NCBI GenBank assembly: GCA_025056895.1
Contig: JANWVJ010000001.1
Span: 9,632-73,631 of the forward strand
Length of the DNA: 64,000 bases
DNA from: Thermoflexales bacterium
Lineage (GTDB): Bacteria > Chloroflexota > Anaerolineae > J036 > Brachytrichaceae
Reading direction: 5' to 3'
Shown here: piece after piece, positions 55,529-64,000 of the stretch
Position numbering within the stretch: position 1 is the first letter of the stretch
Layout: each line of letters opens with the position of its first letter
Notes under the pieces: model-generated
Told to the model about the DNA's origin: nothing
What the model saw: only the letters and a program-made list of their open reading frames with translations
Databases searched by the model: none
Translations under genes and position numbers: made by a program

Positions 55529-57838
55529 ATGCCGGCGCTTGAAAAAACAACCCGCTTGGCCGATCCGGTCGTAACCGCCGGCGACCGCCTATACGCCATC
55601 GGCTCCCAGAACGGCTTATTCCCCGATTCATGGGGTGGTCATGTGCCCAACGAGATGTGGGGTATCTGGGCGCATCCGATCAAGCTGCTGGACGGATTCT
55701 GGCTGGGTCTCGTTCATCCGTCGTTCGGCAGCGTGCGCTGGTTGGCCGAGGCCGAGTTGTGCCGCGTGTCGCCCGGCTATACCGAGTTCGAATACTCCTT
55801 TCCGAATCTGCGCGTCAGTCGGCGCGATTTTGCTCCCGATGGGCTGGCCGGCCTGGTCGTCTCGCTGCGGGTGACGACGACCGGCACGTGGCCGGAGGGA
55901 ATGCACGTGCGGGCAAGTTTCACGTCCGACTTGCGGCCGGCTTGGCTGGGCGAACGCGCGGGCTGGCGCGACACGCCGGACCGGGTCGCGTGGCGCACGA
56001 CAGACCAAGCCCTGATCTTCCGTGATCGCGACAATCCCTGGTTTGCTGCAATCGGGGCAGATGTTACAGCGACCGACATCGTACTCGATCAAGTCGAGAT
56101 CGCTTTTCAACGCACCGCCGGCCAGGGCGCATGTGCCGGCGTGAGCTGGCCGCTGACCGGTGACGGCCAACTCACTTTCTTTATCGCCGGCAGCGCCCAG
56201 TCCGAGGACGAAGCGCTGGAGACGCTGCGCCGGCTGCGCGCAGAACATACGGCGTTGTTCAGAGCCAAACAAGCGACCTATCACACCATCCTTGACACGT
56301 GCGCCCTGGATTGCCCAGATGCAGGACTGAACCGCGCATTTGCTTGGTCGAAGGTCAATTGCCAGATGCTGGCACGGGATGTACCCGGCCTCGGGCACGG
56401 CGTGGGCGCAGGCTTGCCGGTCTACCCGTGGTGGTTCGGCATCGACATCGAATACGCCGCATTGCCTATGTTGCAAGCCGGCTTGTTTAACTTAACGCAG
56501 GACAGCCTGCGCTTGCTGCACCAAGCCAGCCTGGCAGCCAATCCCGACCAACCAGGCCGCGTGATTCACGAGCTGACTACGACGGGCGTTGTGTTTAACA
56601 ACGGCAATCTGGTCGAAGCGCCGGCGTTTGTGCGCGCCGTACACCAGTATTGGCTGTGGACAGGCGATTCGGCATGGGTGCGCGAGCTATATCCTTTTTG
56701 TAAGCAAGCTCTGCTTGAGTACACACTAGGGAGATGCGATCCGGACGGCGACCTGTGCCCCTCAGGCCGCAGCATCATCGAGACGCCGGAGATGCACGCC
56801 GGCTTGGAGTGTATCGACGTAACGACCTATACCTGCGAGGCGCTTGCCGCACTCGGCGAGCTGGCCCAGATTGCCGGTGATACAGCCATCTTGCCTGAGC
56901 TGCGCCGGCGAGCAGATGAGTTAGCTGAACGCATCCGGCGCGAGTGGTGGCTGGAACAGGAAGGATTGTTCGCCGACGTGCGGGCCAGCAAGCGCGAAGT
57001 AAATGAGCTATTGACCCACCTGGAACAGATGGTGCGCGAGCAGGATTGGCTGGCGGGTTCGCTTGAACAGGCTCAGATCGGTGCAGGCTTATTCACGACC
57101 GAACTGGCCCGACATGCCGGCGCACCTGACGAGGTTGATCTGCCGTGGTTGCTGCGGCACTGGATCATCCTGTGTCCGCTTGAAGCAGGCTTAGCGAGCG
57201 AACCCCAAGCAGCACACGCCTTCACCCGCCTGGAGTCGGCTGAGTTTTGCAACGAGTGGGGTATGAAGCTACATCCCGACCGGCGCGATGTGATGAGCAT
57301 CAATACCGGCCTGCTGGCGCTGGCCGAGGCGCGCTACGGTCGGTTGGAACAGGCGCTGGGATACGTGCGCAAACTGGCTGATGTGCTTGCGGTGCGCACC
57401 CCCGGCGCCATCAGTGAAGCATTGCCGGATCAATGGTGCTTTCTGCAATTGTGGTCGGCGCTCGGTGTGATCTCGCCGATTGTAGAGGGCGTGTTCGGCA
57501 TCGCGCCGCGCGCTGCTGAGAAACGATTGCGGGTGATCGGCAACTTGCCGGCTACGTGGCCCCAGGCTTCGTTGCGTCACGTACGTGTCGGCGCGGCAAC
57601 GGTTGATGTGACGCTGGCGCAGAACGAGACGGAACGCCGCATCCAGGTTGTATGCAGTGACCCGGCTTACACATTTGAAATGGGCTGGGTTGTGCCTGCC
57701 GGCATCGAGGTGGTCGAAACGCGGTTAAACAACTACCCGGCTGAATGGCGTCTCGAGCCAACGCGCAGCGGCTCGATTGTCGTGTGCGGTGCCCAGAGTA
57801 TGGCCGACCTGACGATTCGTCTAGCAAAGATTGCCTAG
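55529..57838 (+). CDS. Amylo-alpha-1,6-glucosidase / (alpha/alpha)6-barrel glycoside hydrolase family protein
   Basis: About 770 aa. The central GLPVYPWWFGIDIEYA resembles the GDE_C motif (PWF..FGRD). The ATG immediately follows the ridA TGA. The family call is tentative. Confidence 0.55.
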   Translation: MPALEKTTRLADPVVTAGDRLYAIGSQNGLFPDSWGGHVPNEMWGIWAHPIKLLDGFWLGLVHPSFGSVRWLAEAELCRVSPGYTEFEYSFPNLRVSRRDFAPDGLAGLVVSLRVTTTGTWPEGMHVRASFTSDLRPAWLGERAGWRDTPDRVAWRTTDQALIFRDRDNPWFAAIGADVTATDIVLDQVEIAFQRTAGQGACAGVSWPLTGDGQLTFFIAGSAQSEDEALETLRRLRAEHTALFRAKQATYHTILDTCALDCPDAGLNRAFAWSKVNCQMLARDVPGLGHGVGAGLPVYPWWFGIDIEYAALPMLQAGLFNLTQDSLRLLHQASLAANPDQPGRVIHELTTTGVVFNNGNLVEAPAFVRAVHQYWLWTGDSAWVRELYPFCKQALLEYTLGRCDPDGDLCPSGRSIIETPEMHAGLECIDVTTYTCEALAALGELAQIAGDTAILPELRRRADELAERIRREWWLEQEGLFADVRASKREVNELLTHLEQMVREQDWLAGSLEQAQIGAGLFTTELARHAGAPDEVDLPWLLRHWIILCPLEAGLASEPQAAHAFTRLESAEFCNEWGMKLHPDRRDVMSINTGLLALAEARYGRLEQALGYVRKLADVLAVRTPGAISEALPDQWCFLQLWSALGVISPIVEGVFGIAPRAAEKRLRVIGNLPATWPQASLRHVRVGAATVDVTLAQNETERRIQVVCSDPAYTFEMGWVVPAGIEVVETRLNNYPAEWRLEPTRSGSIVVCGAQSMADLTIRLAKIA

Positions 57839-57855
57839 GGCCGGCTGCGCAGGGC

Positions 57856-57894
57856 GCTGGCCGATCTCACCCGTGCAGCGTGAGATCGGCCAGC
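57856..57894. other. Strong 15-bp inverted repeat (hairpin) just downstream of the glycosidase stop, with no U-tract
   Basis: GCTGGCCGATCTCAC - 9-nt loop - GTGAGATCGGCCAGC. Confidence 0.4.
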
Positions 57895-58047
57895 CAGAAT
57901 GCGGCAGAGGTGAACAGTGCGGACACGCAAACGTCATCATCCCGCTCTTGCCGCAAGGACAGCGTTCTACGTCTGTCTCTTCACACAGTCAAGGACTGCC
58001 ACCAGATAAGCAGTTGAAGGTAAGGTAGCTTTAGCAGGAGGTTTTAG

Positions 58048-58950
58048 ATGAGCGATTTGATCAGGATTGGCATGATCGGGCTGGACACCTCCCATTGCGC
58101 GGCCTTCGCCGGTATTCTTCACGACTCGGAACAGCCGTGGCACGTGGCCGGCGGGCAGATTGTGGCCGCTGTGCCTGGAGGGTCCGAGGCGTTTTCGCTC
58201 AGCCGAAATCGCGTGGCCGGCTTCACCGCAGAATTGCGCGCCCAATACGGCGTGCGTCTGGTGGACGACATCGAGACACTGGTTGTTCAGGTCGATGCCA
58301 TACTGCTCGAAAGTGTAGATGGCCGACAGCACCTGGAGCAGTTTCGGCGGGCAGCAGTTGGCAAGCCGGTCTTTATCGACAAACCATTTGCCACCACAAC
58401 CGCCGAGGCGCGAGAGATCATCCGCATCGCCGAACACACCGGCACACCGCTAATGTCCTGCTCCTCCCTGCGTTACGCTGCCGGCATTGACAATTTGATT
58501 TCTGACCCGGCAGAAAAGGTGCAATCCTGTGAAGCATTTGGGCCAATGCCGATTTTGGAAGACTATCCCGGCCTGTTTTGGTACGGCATCCACAGTGCTG
58601 AAATGCTCTTTGCGTTTATGGGAACCGGATGTGCCCGCGTGCGCCGCATGTCAACCCGCGATATAGAGATCGTCATCGGCGAGTGGCGTGATGGACAAGC
58701 AGGAGTGATGCGCGGTACGCGGCTGGAGCAGAACGATTTTGGCTGTGTTGTTCACACCAACGCCGGCACGCGTCTGGCGCTGGCAGCACAGACACCCCCT
58801 CACTATTACACCCTGCTGACACAGGTCATGGCATTCTTTCGCAGCGGCATTTCGCCAGTTCCGATCGAAGAGACATTTGAGATCGTAAGCTTTTTAGAAG
58901 CCGCTGAACGTAGTCAGTTAGAGGCCGGCCTTGCCGTTAACATCGGTTAG
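58048..58950 (+). CDS. Gfo/Idh/MocA family oxidoreductase
   Basis: N-terminal Rossmann motif IRIGMIGLDTSHCAAF. AGGAGG lies 7 nt upstream of the ATG. Confidence 0.75.
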   Translation: MSDLIRIGMIGLDTSHCAAFAGILHDSEQPWHVAGGQIVAAVPGGSEAFSLSRNRVAGFTAELRAQYGVRLVDDIETLVVQVDAILLESVDGRQHLEQFRRAAVGKPVFIDKPFATTTAEAREIIRIAEHTGTPLMSCSSLRYAAGIDNLISDPAEKVQSCEAFGPMPILEDYPGLFWYGIHSAEMLFAFMGTGCARVRRMSTRDIEIVIGEWRDGQAGVMRGTRLEQNDFGCVVHTNAGTRLALAAQTPPHYYTLLTQVMAFFRSGISPVPIEETFEIVSFLEAAERSQLEAGLAVNIG

Positions 58951-58993
58951 AAGCAAGATTTGGCCCCGACCGAACGATGTACCATTCTGCCCC

Positions 58994-59665
58994 ATGGAAC
59001 TGAGGCCTGACAATGTTGCCGAGTGGGATCCGGCCCTATTCGACAAACAAGATCCCAGCCCAGACTACCTGTTTTACGCGCAGGTGCGCAAGGTTGTCCA
59101 TCTTGATCAAGAAGCAATCCGTGCGCTCACCGGCCTGTATCGCGAACTGCTGCCGGCCGGCGGCGCCATTCTGGATCTGATGAGTTCCTGGCGCTCCCAT
59201 TTGCCCCCCGACATGATCTTTAGCCGCGTGTGCGGTTTAGGAATGAACAAGGAAGAGCTGGCAGACAATCCGCAGTTGACAGACTACTTCATCCAAGACC
59301 TGAATGCGAAACCCACATTGCCGTTTAAGGACGGCGAATTTGACGCAGCGTGCTGCGCTGTGTCGGTGCAATATCTGCAAAAGCCGGTGCAGGTCTTCCG
59401 CGAGGTGTTGCGCGTGCTGAAGCCAGGCGGAGTCTTTGTTGTTTCATTCAGCAATCGCTGTTTTCCCACCAAAGCAGTGCAAGTGTGGCTCGAAACCAGC
59501 GATGAAGAGCATCTGCAATTGGTCGCGTTATACTTTGCTGCGTCAGGGGGCTGGTCGCGCATCACCATGCGCGATTGCAGCGCGCCGTGCGCGCGGCTGT
59601 TTCAGTGCGACCCGTTGTATGCTGTGTGGGCAACTGCTGACAGGCGAATGTCATCCGACCGATGA
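58994..59665 (+). CDS. Class I SAM-dependent methyltransferase
   Basis: ILDLMSSWRSHL (motif I-like) and LKPGGVFVVSFSN (methyltransferase type 11 pattern). The start is placed at ATG 58994. Confidence 0.7.
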   Translation: MELRPDNVAEWDPALFDKQDPSPDYLFYAQVRKVVHLDQEAIRALTGLYRELLPAGGAILDLMSSWRSHLPPDMIFSRVCGLGMNKEELADNPQLTDYFIQDLNAKPTLPFKDGEFDAACCAVSVQYLQKPVQVFREVLRVLKPGGVFVVSFSNRCFPTKAVQVWLETSDEEHLQLVALYFAASGGWSRITMRDCSAPCARLFQCDPLYAVWATADRRMSSDR

Positions 59666-59681
59666 TGGGCTGAGGAAAGCG

Positions 59682-60584
59682 ATGGTCGTTTTTACCGCTC
59701 CTACACGCCCGGCGCTGATAGCCGGCATCGCTGCCATGGCGGCTGCCTGTGCGGTGTTGTTCACTTTGCTGGCACTAGCCGTTGCACTGCCCAAATCTTT
59801 GCTCACCTTTGTTCTCATAACGCTTGCGCTGGGTTTGGCGCTCTTCATCGGCTGGGCAGGGTGGCACACTTACGCTCTCACGCATACCAGCTATGCCATC
59901 GATCGCAACGCCTTTGTCATTCGTTACGGGCCGATTCGGCAGGTCATTCCAATGGGCGAAGTGCAGCGCGTGATCGCCGGCTCGGATATCGCACCAGACA
60001 TGCGACTTCTCCGTTTGCCGTTGCCCGGCTGGTGGATCGGGCGCGGAGAGCACCCTGCCTTGGGCAAGATCGACCTGTTCAGCACCCTGCCTCTCGAGCG
60101 GCAGATCATCATTGTGACCCAAGCCGGCGCTTATGGTGTGTCGCCGGCCAGTATGGAAGATTTCGTTGAGGCTTTTCGGGTGCGATTCCAGATGGGGCCA
60201 ACACAACTTGTCCAGCCGGCGCGATTGCAGCCCGCGTTTATGAAGTGGTCAATTTGGAAAAGCCCGATCACGCTGGGGTTGATTGTTGCGCCGATCGTGC
60301 TGAATGCATTGGTGTTCGCCGTCAGCTTTGCGTTGTTTCCCAGCTTGCCAGAACAGATTGCCCTGCACTTCGACGCAAGCGGCGCGCCGGATCGATTTGG
60401 CAGCCCGGCCCAGATTTTCGGGCCCGGGTTGATCGGCCTTGGGTTACTGATCGTTAATCTCGCGCTAGGCGCTGTGATCTATCGAGGGGAGCGCCTGGCC
60501 GCTTATCTGATATGGGGCGGCAGCAGCGGCATACAACTGGCGCTGCTGGTGGCCACGCTGACGCTGGCCTTCTCGCAACTGTAA
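59682..60584 (+). CDS. Membrane protein with a bacterial PH-like segment and a C-terminal DUF1648-like domain
   Basis: TM pairs. YAIDRNAFVIRYGPIRQVIPMGEVQRV (bPH_2-like). IALHFDASGAPDRFGS (DUF1648-like). GAGGA lies 5 nt upstream of ATG 59682. Confidence 0.55.
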   Translation: MVVFTAPTRPALIAGIAAMAAACAVLFTLLALAVALPKSLLTFVLITLALGLALFIGWAGWHTYALTHTSYAIDRNAFVIRYGPIRQVIPMGEVQRVIAGSDIAPDMRLLRLPLPGWWIGRGEHPALGKIDLFSTLPLERQIIIVTQAGAYGVSPASMEDFVEAFRVRFQMGPTQLVQPARLQPAFMKWSIWKSPITLGLIVAPIVLNALVFAVSFALFPSLPEQIALHFDASGAPDRFGSPAQIFGPGLIGLGLLIVNLALGAVIYRGERLAAYLIWGGSSGIQLALLVATLTLAFSQL

Positions 60585-60588
60585 CGCC

Positions 60589-61569
60589 ATGATCTTGGTC
60601 ACCGGCGCAACCGGCTGTATCGGACGGGCCGTCGTAGAGCAGCTTGTCAGAGCAGGCCACATAGTCAAATGCCTATGGCACTGGGGCCGCGAGCACCCTG
60701 CGCCGCGCAAAGTTGTCGTCATCGGTGGAGATGTGCGCAACGTGAATTCATTGATGGATGCGATGGAAGAAGTGGATACAGTCGTGCATCTGGCCGGCGT
60801 CCGTCGGGAATCGCCGTCCGAATCGTTCGAGTCGGTCACCATCTCCGGGATGCGCAACCTCATCGAGGCGATGAAACAAGTCAGTGTCACACGTCTGATC
60901 ACCATGTCTTGTCTGGGCGCAGAGACACGCTCGGCTCATCCACACTTACGCGCAATCGGCAAGGCCGAGGAGCTTGCACGGGCCAGTGGACTGAACTTCA
61001 CCGTGCTGAAGTCATCAGTGGTGTATGGACCGGGCGATTGGCTGACAAGTTGGCTGGCCGGCATCGCCGCTGCCTTGCCATTCGTATTGCCTTTGCCTCA
61101 TGGGGGGGCTACCCGCCTGCAACCAATCTGGGTCGGCGATGTGGCTGCCTGCATAGAACGCTGCCTGAACTCGCGCGCTACGTATCGGCAGGTGTTACCG
61201 ATCGGGGGGCCACAGGCGCTAACGCTGGCCGAGATTGCACAGTTCGTATTGCAAGCGCGCGGCGTGCGGCGACGGGTGGTGCGTGTACCGAGCGCTCTCA
61301 CACTCGCTTTGACCACATTTCTAGCGCGCTATCCCGGCGCCTTGGATGAATGGGAGATGGAGGCGTTGGCGCACAATCGCACCACGGAAACAGGCGGCGT
61401 GCACCGCATCTTTGGCTTTGCGCCAGCGCGTATGCACAGCAAGTTAGACTTCCTCAAGCCAGACTATCCCCCGCCACCTCTGCCGGTGCGCTTTTCACAA
61501 GGACGGCGCTCGGAAATGAGGGCACACGCAACACGCCATGCAGCCCTTGGCAGCCCTGGCCGACGTTAA
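60589..61569 (+). CDS. NAD(P)H-binding SDR-family protein (NDUFA9/NmrA-like)
   Basis: MILVTGATGCIGRAVVEQL Rossmann motif. About 325 aa. Confidence 0.75.
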   Translation: MILVTGATGCIGRAVVEQLVRAGHIVKCLWHWGREHPAPRKVVVIGGDVRNVNSLMDAMEEVDTVVHLAGVRRESPSESFESVTISGMRNLIEAMKQVSVTRLITMSCLGAETRSAHPHLRAIGKAEELARASGLNFTVLKSSVVYGPGDWLTSWLAGIAAALPFVLPLPHGGATRLQPIWVGDVAACIERCLNSRATYRQVLPIGGPQALTLAEIAQFVLQARGVRRRVVRVPSALTLALTTFLARYPGALDEWEMEALAHNRTTETGGVHRIFGFAPARMHSKLDFLKPDYPPPPLPVRFSQGRRSEMRAHATRHAALGSPGRR

Positions 61570-61782
61570 AGTCCGCGTCGGATAAGCGATGATGAGTGCC
61601 CAAAAGGCTTACTCAGTAGCGCTGGCGGGCCGACCGCGTTTGAACGGTCGTCCTTCTAATACAACGCTAACGACGCGCCATCATTGCTCTAGCTAGGCCG
61701 GCTTATGGTTTGTTCCTGAATCGAATGAGCAATACCTGATCACGCGGGCCTGGCTCAGACTCGCGCAAGGAGTGGAAGAGAC

Positions 61783-63672
<1,890 letters not shown>

Positions 63673-63696
63673 TTGCGACAAACGTAGGTTGCTGCA

Positions 63697-63734
63697 CCCC
63701 TTCCCGCAGGTTGTGCCTGCGGGAAGGGGTTTTT
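63697..63734 (+). terminator. Intrinsic terminator after dnaK
   Basis: CCCCTTCCCGCAGG-TTGTG-CCTGCGGGAAGGGG forms a 14-bp perfect stem followed by TTTTT. The T-tract overlaps the stop codon of the convergent gene. Confidence 0.8.
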
Positions 63735-64000
63735 ATCGGATCACAACAACCCGCGCCGGCGCTGCATCGCCATTTACGATTTTCAACGGCAGCGCGACGA
63801 GTTGACAGTCTCCCGCCGGCACATCGCGCAAATACAGACTCTCGATCAGAATGATGTCATAGCGCAGAAAGGTCCTATGCGCCGGCAAGTCATTGCTGGT
63901 CGGCGGATCGACAGAAGGGGCATCGGTGCCAATGACCCGCACACCGCATTGACCCAGATAGTCCGCTGCTTCAGGCGTAAACCAGGCAAAGTTGCTATCA
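63733..64000 (-). CDS. Cyclase family protein (kynurenine formamidase-like), C-terminal part; gene runs off the window end
   Basis: The reading frame continues upstream of the ORF-track start: ..FAWFTPEAADYLGQCGVRVIGTDAPSVDPP..PAHRTFL. This matches the putative-cyclase pattern (G.D..S.D). Confidence 0.65.
   Translation of the reverse strand, partial: DSNFAWFTPEAADYLGQCGVRVIGTDAPSVDPPTSNDLPAHRTFLRYDIILIESLYLRDVPAGDCQLVALPLKIVNGDAAPARVVVIR

Noticed and set aside
55628-56476. Long antisense ORFs inside well-supported genes (for example 55628..56476-, 61894..62688-, 21089..21685+, 1190..1930-, 47815..48444-)
   Set aside because: These are typical GC-rich shadow ORFs. They are Arg/Ala/Gly/Pro-rich, lack motifs, and fully overlap genes with strong homology signatures (the glycosidase, dnaK, proS, the S8 protease and sufB).
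61570-61782. CIRCE (HrcA operator, TTAGCACTC-N9-GAGTGCTAA) or a clear promoter upstream of dnaK
   Set aside because: Only a GAGTGCC..ACTCAG fragment is present, without inverted-repeat symmetry. No hexamer pair has acceptable spacing, so no call was made.

Overview
GC-rich bacterial chromosomal segment of about 60 genes. Almost all are housekeeping or metabolic. I saw no rRNA, CRISPR array, transposase, integrase or prophage signature. The protein signatures (long-tailed Rho, giant secreted S8 protease, DUF4129/DUF4350 pair, NarL-type two-component systems) suggest a Chloroflexota-like organism, but that is inference only.

Recognisable content, in order:
- cofD (edge-truncated and missing from the ORF track), rluE, a 1500-aa S8 protease and queG.
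- A NarL-type HK/RR pair, a YdiJ-like FAD/Fe-S oxidoreductase, two RNA methyltransferases and a ROK kinase.
- rho, tRNA-Pro(UGG), proS and pyrB.
- A 9.3-kb minus-strand shikimate supraoperon: aroH-aroF-aroF'-tyrA-aroA-aroE-aroC-aroK::aroB-aroQ.
- A P-loop NTPase fused to a winged helix, paired with a PrsW-like protease.
- A GPH transporter / URO-D-like / GH4-like / 2-hydroxyacid dehydrogenase / VOC cluster.
- mtnP, sufCBD, a PAS-GAF kinase fused to a response regulator with a frameshifted HTH, and dnaK.

The most interesting signal is non-coding. Directly upstream of aroH there is a consensus promoter, then a 35-codon mini-ORF absent from the ORF track. In that ORF, 8 of 12 consecutive codons encode Phe/Trp/Tyr. 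It is followed by a four-segment alternative-pairing RNA that ends in a perfect intrinsic terminator. This is a classical ribosome-mediated attenuator that appears to sense all three aromatic end products in front of a complete shikimate operon.

A second, weaker attenuator candidate precedes pyrB: a terminator hairpin that is translated through by a 37-codon ORF.

All homology calls come from motif recognition by eye. Start codons are approximate where noted. No folding energies or database searches were run.
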